Notes under the pieces: model-generated
Seen by the model: only the letters and a program-made list of their open reading frames with translations
Told to the model about the DNA's origin: nothing
Databases searched by the model: none
Part shown: positions 1 through 8,042 of the stretch, piece by piece
Layout of the letters: the number at the start of each line of letters is the position of its first letter
Numbering within the stretch: the first letter of the stretch is position 1
Translations under genes and position numbers: made by a program
Assembly (NCBI GenBank): GCA_964360965.1
Contig: CAYHYM010000003.1
Coordinates: forward strand, 29-64,028
Length of the DNA: 64,000 nt
Source: an uncultured Gammaproteobacteria bacterium
Lineage (GTDB): Bacteria > Patescibacteriota > Microgenomatia > Daviesbacterales > UBA10151
Direction of reading: 5' to 3'

Positions 1-541
1 TGGTAAAAATCCCCCCTCCCAGCCTGGCAAAAACAGAAATCAGCGACCCTCCAAATCCCAGACCAATTAAAGCTCGCAGGTCTCCACCTGAATACTGATA
101 AAAACCCCAAACTGCCCCCAAAGCCAATCCTGCCACCAAAAATCCGGTTACTGCCCCGCCTCTAAAAGCCAGTGAAAAAGCAGGAGATAATCCCTTTTTG
201 GCAGCCTCGGTTACCCTGACATTGGCCCGGACAGCCACACTCATACCCGCAAATCCTGCCAAAGCTGATAAAGCGGCTCCCACCAAAAACCCCAAGGCAC
301 TATTTGTACCTAAAAATTGGTAGATGAAAGCAGCAAAAACCACCGCCACCAGTGCTACCACCGCATACTGCCTTTTCAGATATGCTGCAGCACCCTCTTG
401 GATGGCAGAGGCAATCTCTTGCATTTTAGAATCCCCTGCAGGATGTTTTAAAATATCAACTATCAACCATAGACCATAGAGTAAAGAAACCCCAACCGAG
501 ACCCAAATGATATTGTTAACATTATCTAAAATAACTTCCAT
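1..541 (-). CDS. hppA: Membrane-bound proton/sodium-translocating pyrophosphatase, N-terminal ~180 aa. The gene continues beyond the window start.
   Basis: Reverse-strand translation from ATG at 541..539 reads [10 protein letters not shown]...[10 protein letters not shown]...[48 protein letters not shown]...[24 protein letters not shown]. These are classic H+-PPase N-terminal motifs (RANVRT..AA..G, GGGI(F/Y)TKAADVGADL). Not in the ORF track because it is truncated. Confidence 0.8.
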   Translation of the reverse strand, partial: [180 protein letters not shown]

Positions 542-546
542 AAAAT

Positions 547-2961
547 TCATGCCAAGGCTGGTTGGTGGATAATGGGCAGTTCTTTTTGTATTCGAAGCTG
601 TAGCTGGCCAGTTAAGGCCACTTTTAACACCTCATCCATATGTTTGACAAAGACAAATTTTAGATCCTTTTGCACATAATCAGGAATATCCTCCAAATCC
701 TTTTCATTATCTTTGGGAATTATTACAGTTTTAACTCCGGCCCTGTGGGCTGCCAAGACTTTTTCTTTCAAACCGCCAATTTCCAAGACCCGGCCTCGCA
801 AAGTCACCTCACCTGTCATGGCCACATCACGTCTGACTGGGATTCTGATAAAAGCAGACACAATGGCTGAAGTTAAAGCTATTCCTGCTGACGGCCCATC
901 TTTGGGAATGGCTCCTTCCGGCACATGAATATGAATATCAAACTTATGAAAAAATTTCTCGGGTAGACCTAACTCTCCCCAATGAGACCTGACATAAGAC
1001 ATGGCTGCCTGGCCTGATTCTTTCATCACATCTCCCAAATGCCCTGTTAAAAGCAAATTTCCTCTGCCCGGCATCAGAGTCACTTCAATAAAAAGTACGT
1101 GCCCTCCACCCTCATCAACTGCCAAACCTGTAGCCATACCTATCTCATCCTCTTTTTCTGATAAAATGGATAAAAATTTGATCGGCCCAAGGTAAGTGTG
1201 AATGTCTGCCGGGGAAATTTTAAAGGATTTATGGCCATCCCCTTCAGCAATTTTTCTGGCCACTTTACGAAGGATTGAGGCAATTTCCCGCTCCAAATTT
1301 CTTACCCCTGCCTCTCTGGTATACTCTGTGATGATGGTATGTATGGCAGAATCCTCAAACTCCACTCCTCTTACCTTCAGTCCATGACTGTCAATCTGCT
1401 TGGGGATTAAAAAACTTTTGGCAATGTGGAATTTTTCATCCTCAGTGTAGCCTGGATAGCGAATTACTTCTAATCTGTCTCTTAGAGCTGGTGGGACAGT
1501 ATCTAAAATATTGGCTGTGGTGATAAACATCACATTTGATAAATCATATGGCACCTCCAAATAATGATCGGAAAAGGCAAAATTTTGCTCAGGGTCTAAA
1601 GCCTCCAGCAAAGCAGCAGAAGGATCTCCCCTAAAATCCACTCCAATTTTATCAATCTCATCCAGCATAAAAACAGGGTTGATAGTTCCTGCAGTTTTTA
1701 TCCCCTGAATTATCCTTCCCGGCATTGATCCCACATAAGTTCTCCTGTGACCTCTAATTTCAGCCTCATCCCTGATTCCTCCCAGAGACATTTTGACAAA
1801 TTTTTTGCCCATGGCCCGGGCTATAGATTTTCCAATAGAGGTTTTACCTGTTCCTGGGGGACCGACAAAACAAAGAATAGGACCCCTGACTTTTCCAGAC
1901 AGTTTATGAACTGCCAAATATTCAATGATCCTCTCTTTTACTTTAGACAACCCAAAATGATCTTCATCTAAAATTTGTTGGGCCTTTTTCAAATCAAGCT
2001 TGGTCCTGCTGCCATTTTTCCAGGGAAGGTCTGTTAACCACTCCAGGTAATTTCTAATATAGCCTGCCTCAGGGTTATAGGTGGACATTTTGGAAAGTCT
2101 GGAAAGTTCTTTATGGGCTTTTTCTTGTACCTCTTTGGGCATTCCTCCCTTTTTAATTTTTAGCTCCAGTTCCCGAATCTCCTGATTCTCACCTCCTTCA
2201 TCTAATTCCTCCTGGATGCTTTTCATTTGCTCCCTAAGTATTGCCTCTTTGGTCAGTTTTGATACTCTTTCTTGGGTTTGAGAAGAAATTTTTTGGGAAA
2301 TTTCCAAAATTCTGATCTCTTTTGCCAAAAGTTCGGAAACTCTCTGCAATCTTTCTGCTGCAGAAACCATCTCCAAAAGCTGTTGTTTGTCAATAGTTTT
2401 AAATTCTATAACATGGTGGGCTATTGCATTTACCAGCTGGTTTGGATCATCAGTATAGCCAAAAATAGACCAGTTAGAAAAACCTCCAATCTCAAACATG
2501 GGACTACCTCCAAGCCCTATAAAGCGTTTGAGTTGCTCTCTGACTGTTCTTATTAAAGCTTCAGTCTGATCAGACTTTTCATAAAGTTCAGGGATTTCCT
2601 CAATTTCTGCCTCAAGGTATGGTTCTATTTGGGTAAAACTCTTGATATAAACTCTGCTTAAGCCTTGTGCTTGAAGAGTATATTCACCTTCGGGAGAAAC
2701 CACTACCCTTTTTATTAAACAAACTGTTCCAACCCTGTATAAATCTTTTTCTGCGGGATCTTCTATTTTGGCATTTTTTTGGGTGACAAAAACAATCAAT
2801 TTATCCAAGTTCCAAGCCACATCCAAGGCTGCTTTTGATTTTTGGCGGCCTGATATGATTGGTACAAAATTACCCGGGAAAATAACTGTATCACGAAGGG
2901 GACCTACCGGCATGGTGGGATTAAGTTTAACTGGTTGGGAAAAAGACTTTGAATAATCCAT
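547..2961 (-). CDS. lon: ATP-dependent protease Lon
   Basis: 804 aa. N-terminal LON substrate-binding domain, AAA+ Walker [11 protein letters not shown]-terminal proteolytic domain with catalytic Ser motif PKDGPSAG. Confidence 0.95.
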   Translation of the reverse strand: MDYSKSFSQPVKLNPTMPVGPLRDTVIFPGNFVPIISGRQKSKAALDVAWNLDKLIVFVTQKNAKIEDPAEKDLYRVGTVCLIKRVVVSPEGEYTLQAQGLSRVYIKSFTQIEPYLEAEIEEIPELYEKSDQTEALIRTVREQLKRFIGLGGSPMFEIGGFSNWSIFGYTDDPNQLVNAIAHHVIEFKTIDKQQLLEMVSAAERLQRVSELLAKEIRILEISQKISSQTQERVSKLTKEAILREQMKSIQEELDEGGENQEIRELELKIKKGGMPKEVQEKAHKELSRLSKMSTYNPEAGYIRNYLEWLTDLPWKNGSRTKLDLKKAQQILDEDHFGLSKVKERIIEYLAVHKLSGKVRGPILCFVGPPGTGKTSIGKSIARAMGKKFVKMSLGGIRDEAEIRGHRRTYVGSMPGRIIQGIKTAGTINPVFMLDEIDKIGVDFRGDPSAALLEALDPEQNFAFSDHYLEVPYDLSNVMFITTANILDTVPPALRDRLEVIRYPGYTEDEKFHIAKSFLIPKQIDSHGLKVRGVEFEDSAIHTIITEYTREAGVRNLEREIASILRKVARKIAEGDGHKSFKISPADIHTYLGPIKFLSILSEKEDEIGMATGLAVDEGGGHVLFIEVTLMPGRGNLLLTGHLGDVMKESGQAAMSYVRSHWGELGLPEKFFHKFDIHIHVPEGAIPKDGPSAGIALTSAIVSAFIRIPVRRDVAMTGEVTLRGRVLEIGGLKEKVLAAHRAGVKTVIIPKDNEKDLEDIPDYVQKDLKFVFVKHMDEVLKVALTGQLQLRIQKELPIIHQPALA

Positions 2962-2991
2962 TTATAAATTAGCAGTTTACATCATTGACTG

Positions 2992-3525
2992 CTAAAAGTC
3001 AACACCTTTTCTGGCCATGATTCCCTGTTGATACGGATGTTTTATCTGCTTCATTTCTGTTACCAAATCTGCCATGTCAATAAGTTTTTTATGGGCATGA
3101 TGGCCAGTTAAAACCAAATCCAACTGTTGGGGTTTGGCCTTTATTAATTTTACCACATTTGCCAAAGGCAAAACACCAGCAGAATTGGCTCCCACTATCT
3201 CATCTGCTACTATTATATCCCACTTTGGGGATTTTATCTCATTATACAGTATATCAAAAGCCTCTTTGGCTGCCTTTTTGTGTTGTGTAAGAGGAACTTT
3301 ATCTCCCAAAATATTCAAAAACCCCTTGCCTCCTTGAATAATTTTAACCAAAGGTGAAAGTAATTTAGCTCCCACCAACTCCCCGGTAAACCAGGCTTTT
3401 CCAAACTGCACTATTAAACATTTTTTCTTGTACCCCACTGCGCGCAGTACCAATCCCAACGCGGCCGTGGTCTTCCCTTTCCCCTCCCCGGTATATAAAA
3501 TAACTAACCCTTTTTCATCATTCAT
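2992..3525 (-). CDS. cobO: Corrinoid (cob(I)alamin) adenosyltransferase, CobA/CobO/BtuR family
   Basis: 177 aa. P-loop YTGEGKGKTTAALGLVLRAVG and C-terminal LVLTGHHAHKKLIDMADLVTEMKQIKHPYQQGIMARKGVDF align with BtuR (IITGRGCHRDILDLADTVSELRPVKHAFDAGVKAQMGIDY). Confidence 0.8.
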   Translation of the reverse strand: MNDEKGLVILYTGEGKGKTTAALGLVLRAVGYKKKCLIVQFGKAWFTGELVGAKLLSPLVKIIQGGKGFLNILGDKVPLTQHKKAAKEAFDILYNEIKSPKWDIIVADEIVGANSAGVLPLANVVKLIKAKPQQLDLVLTGHHAHKKLIDMADLVTEMKQIKHPYQQGIMARKGVDF

Positions 3526-3561
3526 GCGCCCATTTTACCAAACTGGAAACAAAGCGTATGG

Positions 3562-4310
3562 ACACCCTTGGGGTGTATTCGTATTGACACCTGCGGATAT
3601 TTGAGATATGCTAGGCTCAAATGCCTTCCAGAATTTTCCCCTTTGTAAATGGGCAGTATTACCACATCTATAATAGGGGTGTAGAAAAAAGAACTATCTT
3701 TGAAAAAAGCTGGGACTACTCAAGACTTAAAAAGACAATGCAGTATTATCAGCTTCTCGGCCCTAAGCCAAGGCTATCTAAATTCCTATTAGGCTCAATT
3801 CTCAAGCCAGATACCAATAAGAAGATCGTGGACATTATTTGCTACTGTTTAATGCCAAATCATTTTCACTTTCTTATAAAACAGTTAAAAGAGGGTGGAA
3901 TTACAGAATTTGTTAGTAAATTAAGTAACAGTTATACCAAATATTACAATGTAAAATATAAACGGGTTGGACCCTTACTACAGGGAGAATTTAAAGCTGT
4001 ATTAGTAGAATCTGATGAACAATTGCTACATGTTTCTCGCTATATTCATTTGAACCCGATTGCTTCTTTTTTGGTAAAAGACTTAAATCTCTATGAATGG
4101 TCTTCTTATAAAGAATATACTAATAACCATAAAGGTATTTGTAATACGGAAGAAATTATGGGCTTTTTTAAAGATAGCTCCTCTTATCAAAAATTTTGTT
4201 TGGACCAAGTTGAATATGCCCAAAAACTGGAACTAATTAAGCATCAATTATTGGAAGAAGAATAATACACCCTTGGGGTGTATTTGTATTGACACCTGCG
4301 GATTTTTGAG
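3562..4310 (+). mobile_element. IS200/IS605-like minimal element. A Y1 transposase gene is flanked by ~44-bp imperfect direct repeats, each starting with a small hairpin.
   Basis: Left copy 3562..3606 ACACCCTTGGGGTGTATTCGTATTGACACCTGCGGATATTTGAGA and right copy 4267..4310 ACACCCTTGGGGTGTATTTGTATTGACACCTGCGGATTTTTGAG. Each begins with the palindrome ACACCC-TTG-GGGTGT. Subterminal hairpins in the same orientation at both ends are the hallmark of IS200-family ends. Confidence 0.6.
3621..4265 (+). CDS. tnpA: HUH Y1 tyrosine transposase (IS200-like / RAYT-like TnpA)
   Basis: 214 aa. HuH motif CYCLMPNHFHFLIK, catalytic Tyr region LHVSRYIHLNP, N-terminal YHIYNRG typical of PF01797 Y1_Tnp. It is longer than canonical 140-aa IS200 TnpA, closer to the RAYT-like subgroup. 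Confidence 0.75.
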   Translation: MPSRIFPFVNGQYYHIYNRGVEKRTIFEKSWDYSRLKKTMQYYQLLGPKPRLSKFLLGSILKPDTNKKIVDIICYCLMPNHFHFLIKQLKEGGITEFVSKLSNSYTKYYNVKYKRVGPLLQGEFKAVLVESDEQLLHVSRYIHLNPIASFLVKDLNLYEWSSYKEYTNNHKGICNTEEIMGFFKDSSSYQKFCLDQVEYAQKLELIKHQLLEEE

Positions 4311-4343
4311 AAAATTTGACCGGCACCCTTGAAGGGAAGATAA

Positions 4344-4907
4344 CTATTTAATCAAATTACTAAAGCAGAGCGGGCATAAAAACTTCCTATAGATATTTGA
4401 TTTAGCCATAGTAGCACCTGGATGCATTACACACTTCGGATCTCTGCAGTGAGCACCCTGATCAAATATAGACTTGGCATAGTCATCAAAATGATCCTGA
4501 TTTTTAACTGCCCAATGACCTACTTCATGAACAGTTAAGTTCTTTATCCTACGTTCGTATTCTTTTTTGCTAACTCTTAGAACAGAACTGTCTTCTCCTT
4601 TTAATCCGCGCAGTCTGGCCAATGAAATTATCACACTTTTTGTTTTAGGACTTGAAACCCCATAACAAAAATCCTCTACTGATTTAGGATAAGCAGATAA
4701 GATTTGGTTGCCAGTTACATATACGGTATTAACAACTTTTGCTGGAAAATTAACCCGATAAATTCCAAACTCCTCATCGAACTCTAAAAAATCCTGATGC
4801 TCTTTTTTTCTTACAGATACTTTATATCCGAATATCTTTTTAATTATATCAGCGACTATTAAACCTTCTTTTCTAATATACGGGTCATAATCAACTGATA
4901 ATTTCAC
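4344..4907 (-). CDS. Archaemetzincin-like zinc metallopeptidase (peptidase M54)
   Basis: 187 aa. HEVGHWAVKNQDHFDDYAKSIFDQGAHCRDPKCVMHPGATMAKSNIYRKFLCPLC matches the HExxHxxGxxH...C...CxM...CxxC archaemetzincin signature. Confidence 0.7.
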   Translation of the reverse strand: MKLSVDYDPYIRKEGLIVADIIKKIFGYKVSVRKKEHQDFLEFDEEFGIYRVNFPAKVVNTVYVTGNQILSAYPKSVEDFCYGVSSPKTKSVIISLARLRGLKGEDSSVLRVSKKEYERRIKNLTVHEVGHWAVKNQDHFDDYAKSIFDQGAHCRDPKCVMHPGATMAKSNIYRKFLCPLCFSNLIK

Positions 4908-4925
4908 AACTTGAGTATACCAGAC

Positions 4926-7511
4926 TTAACACTTACTATATCCACAGGAGTAGCAGGTTTGGCAGCCTTCTTCCAGCACAAAAGAAGCAGTACCACACTC
5001 TGGACACAAATCCGCAGTGGCAGAAATATGCATCTGTCCCAAGGGCATCTTTTCTCCTCCATTACTCTGAGTTAAGTCTAGGGGTACTTGTTCTGGTGTT
5101 TGAGAACTACCATTTAAAGCTAAATCTTCTGCTAAAGCCTTAGCTATAGCATCAGCTAAACTCATCACTCTATCTTTACCAAACCCAATTTGAGATGATC
5201 CACCAATTCCCTTTAGTTGAGAAACTACCTTTACTGCAATTTCTTTTGAATTTGGCCTAGAGATCCTTAAAGCCAAAGAGACCAACCTACCAATAGCTTC
5301 TGCATCAGCTGATGTATGCATACCAGCCTTACCTATTGTCACAAACACCTCAAACGGGTGATCTTCGCTATCGCGATTGATTGTAACAAAGGCCTCTCCA
5401 ACCGGAGTCATCATTTTATAAGTTCTGCCTCTTAAGATTACTGGTCGCTCACCCATAGTATCAGCGCTATTTGTTTCTGTCTTAATTTCTCCGTTAGTAA
5501 GAGTTCCAGTTGAAAAATTAGTCCCTACGGCCAGCTGATCATAATAAGAATTATCTTTTTTAACCTCCAAGACCTGCTTTTCCCGGGATCCATCCCGATA
5601 AATGGTAATTCCTTTACAGCCTGTTTCATAAACCATCATATAGGCTCTTCGGACATCTTCTACGGTTGCTTCATGGGCAAAATTAATGGTTTTAGAGATG
5701 GCATTATCCACATGTTTTTGAAAAGCAGCCTGCATTTTAACATGTTCCTCAGGCAAAATATCATGAGCCACCACAAATACCTGCTGCCATTTTTCCGGCA
5801 CCTCACTCAAGCCTTGGACTGATCCGTAATTTTGCTCAATCTTCTCCATCAGTTGTTCCGAATAAAAACCTTCTGCCTGAGCTATTTGCAAAAATATCGG
5901 GTTAGTATTAAAAAGCCTTTTCCCTTCAATGGTATTTTTGGCGAAAGACAGACCAAAATACGGTTCAATTCCGGATGAGGCATCAGCCAGCATGGAGATG
6001 GTACCGGTTGGGGCTATGGTGGTCACAGCCCCGTTTCTAATTTTTAGGTTTTGTCCTAAAAAGTAGGGGCTTTTGGGATCAAAAATTGATCCACTCCAGG
6101 CCGGGAAAACTCCTCTTTCCCTGGCCAGATCTAAGCTTGCTATCTTGGCTGCCTTTTGAATACAGTCCATTATATCCTCTGCCACCTGTAAACCCTTATC
6201 TGTGTTATAACCCACCCCCAGCTTAAACAGGGCATCGGCAAATCCCATCACCCCCAAACCTATTCTTCTAATATTTCTGGTTGTTTGGGCAATTTCTTCT
6301 ACCGGGTAATTATTCATATCCAAAACATTGTCCAAAAAGTGAACTGACTGCCTGGTTACCTCTTCCAAACCCGCATAATCAATCTGGCCATCTGTGACAA
6401 ACTTACCCACATTGATAGACCCCAAGGTACAAGCATCATACGGTAACAGGGGCTGTTCCCCACAGGGATTAGTAGCCTCAATCATGCCAATTTGAGGAGT
6501 GGGGTTGGCCCCTGATTTATTAATCCGATCAATCATAATCATACCTGGATCACCATAGTGCCAGGCCAGCTGGGTGATAAGCAAAAATACCTTTTTGGCA
6601 TTTAATCTACCAGTCACCTGACCGGTTCTGGGATTAATTAACTCATATCCTTCATCCTTATGCCTCGCCCGGACCAGATCATATAATTTGGCCACCCCAT
6701 CCTCTACCTTTTTTAGCTTCAAATCAATATCACGGATGGCTTGAGCAGCCTTTATTTCCTTCACAATCTCTTCCCAATCCGGCTCACTTAAAACGTATCT
6801 GCTATCCTTTTTCACCTGTTCCATCCACTCCTCAGTGACAGTGACCGAGATATTAAAATTAGTCAGGGAAAATTCATCTACCTTCATCACTGCAAAACGC
6901 AAAATATCCGGATGAGTAATATATAAAATACCCATATTGGCGCCGCGCCTGACCCCTCCCTGTTTAATCTGAGAAGTCACATCATTATAAGCTTGCAAAA
7001 ATGAACATGGCCCCACTGTTTTACCGCCAGAGGAAGAAATCACATCTCCAAAAGGACGCAGTCTGGAGAAAGAAAATCCAGTGCCGCCGCCGGATTTGTG
7101 AATCATTACCATATCCACCATGGTTTTGGCAATTGATTTCATATCATCTTCAATAGGCAGCACAAAACAGGCGGACAGCTGCTGCATTCTCTTACCTGCA
7201 TTAAGCATGGTGGGGGTGTTGGGAACAAACTGCTGACAGGACATGATTTTATAAAACTGTCTGGCTAAATCTGTAACTTCTTTTTTACCTTCACCATAAA
7301 ACAGATCAGCTGATGCAATGTTATAGGCCACTCTCCAAAACATCTCTTTGGCATCCTCAACTGGCTCGCCTTTTTCATCGCGAAAAGCGTAACGGGTTCT
7401 GCCAACATATAAAGCATTTTCAGAAAGCTCAGGCTCCGTCAAATCTAGCGGTGCAGTGGGAATTTGTTGGCCAATTTTCCAGACATCTGCTAATTTATAT
7501 TTCTTTTTCAT
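4926..7511 (-). CDS. nrdJ: Class II (adenosylcobalamin-dependent) ribonucleotide reductase
   Basis: 861 aa. Active-site region NPCGEQPLLPYDACTLGSINV, C-terminal Zn-ribbon-like CPECG...CQTCYSCGYSKC. No N-terminal ATP-cone. Confidence 0.9.
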   Translation of the reverse strand: MKKKYKLADVWKIGQQIPTAPLDLTEPELSENALYVGRTRYAFRDEKGEPVEDAKEMFWRVAYNIASADLFYGEGKKEVTDLARQFYKIMSCQQFVPNTPTMLNAGKRMQQLSACFVLPIEDDMKSIAKTMVDMVMIHKSGGGTGFSFSRLRPFGDVISSSGGKTVGPCSFLQAYNDVTSQIKQGGVRRGANMGILYITHPDILRFAVMKVDEFSLTNFNISVTVTEEWMEQVKKDSRYVLSEPDWEEIVKEIKAAQAIRDIDLKLKKVEDGVAKLYDLVRARHKDEGYELINPRTGQVTGRLNAKKVFLLITQLAWHYGDPGMIMIDRINKSGANPTPQIGMIEATNPCGEQPLLPYDACTLGSINVGKFVTDGQIDYAGLEEVTRQSVHFLDNVLDMNNYPVEEIAQTTRNIRRIGLGVMGFADALFKLGVGYNTDKGLQVAEDIMDCIQKAAKIASLDLARERGVFPAWSGSIFDPKSPYFLGQNLKIRNGAVTTIAPTGTISMLADASSGIEPYFGLSFAKNTIEGKRLFNTNPIFLQIAQAEGFYSEQLMEKIEQNYGSVQGLSEVPEKWQQVFVVAHDILPEEHVKMQAAFQKHVDNAISKTINFAHEATVEDVRRAYMMVYETGCKGITIYRDGSREKQVLEVKKDNSYYDQLAVGTNFSTGTLTNGEIKTETNSADTMGERPVILRGRTYKMMTPVGEAFVTINRDSEDHPFEVFVTIGKAGMHTSADAEAIGRLVSLALRISRPNSKEIAVKVVSQLKGIGGSSQIGFGKDRVMSLADAIAKALAEDLALNGSSQTPEQVPLDLTQSNGGEKMPLGQMHISATADLCPECGTASFVLEEGCQTCYSCGYSKC

Positions 7512-7951
7512 GGTAGACTTTTTAACTCGCTTAAGAAATCTTTTGGATTACCAAAATCCCGATAAACACTGGCAAAACGAAGGTAAGCCACCCCGTCTAT
7601 TCTTTTAAGCTCAGATAACACCCATTTACCCAAGGTAACCGATGGCACTTCTTTTAAACCCCTGACCCTAATTCTACCTTCTATTTTATCAACCACTCTC
7701 TGAGCCCTGTCAATACCAGGTCTTTTCTGAAGGGCTTTTAAAATCCCCGTCTTTAACTTTTCAGTAGAAAAAGGCTCCCTTTTACCATCCTTTTTGATCA
7801 CCTGTAAAGACAAATGAGCCAGTTGTTCATAGGTGGTAAAACGTTTGCTGCAGTGTAAACATTCCCTACGGCGTCTGATCTCTCCCCTGCCGGCAACTGT
7901 ACGTTTGTCAACTACCTTGCTTTGTAAACTGTCACAAAAAGGACAATGCAC
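7508..7951 (-). CDS. nrdR: Transcriptional repressor NrdR (zinc ribbon plus ATP-cone); GTG start
   Basis: 147 aa, MHCPFCDS...CLHCSKRFTTYE followed by an ATP-cone. It overlaps the nrdJ start by 4 nt, forming an operon. The first codon is GTG. Confidence 0.9.
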   Translation of the reverse strand: MHCPFCDSLQSKVVDKRTVAGRGEIRRRRECLHCSKRFTTYEQLAHLSLQVIKKDGKREPFSTEKLKTGILKALQKRPGIDRAQRVVDKIEGRIRVRGLKEVPSVTLGKWVLSELKRIDGVAYLRFASVYRDFGNPKDFLSELKSLP

Positions 7952-7961
7952 TGATTAAAAC

Positions 7962-8011
7962 ATAACATATTGTTATTCAGACATGTCAAGATACAAGATA
8001 TAGTGTCTTGT
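7962..8011. promoter_or_regulatory. Two candidate NrdR boxes upstream of nrdR-nrdJ
   Basis: Perfect palindrome ATAACATATTGTTAT (7962..7976) and ACAAGATATAGTGTCTTGT (7993..8011). Both resemble the acaCwAtATaTwGtgt NrdR box. Centres are ~33 bp (three helical turns) apart, as typical for tandem NrdR boxes. Divergent TTGACA-like hexamers overlap them. Confidence 0.45.
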
Positions 8012-8042
8012 CAATAAGCTTACCTAAATTGACAATGACAGA

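Noticed and set aside
670-2956. Numerous 60-95 aa plus-strand ORFs in the six-frame track (670..870, 713..928, 1001..1195, 1202..1387, 1747..1971, 2272..2556, 2768..2956) nested inside lon
   Set aside because: They lie entirely antisense to a well-supported 804-aa Lon gene, have no SD or motifs, and show low-complexity translations. They are typical shadow ORFs. The same reasoning applies to similar nested ORFs inside nrdJ, the lipase-like gene, the P-type ATPase, copA (23948..24490, 24242..24442), tkt, recJ, cca, secF, secD, comM (51938..52462), rny and the GT genes.
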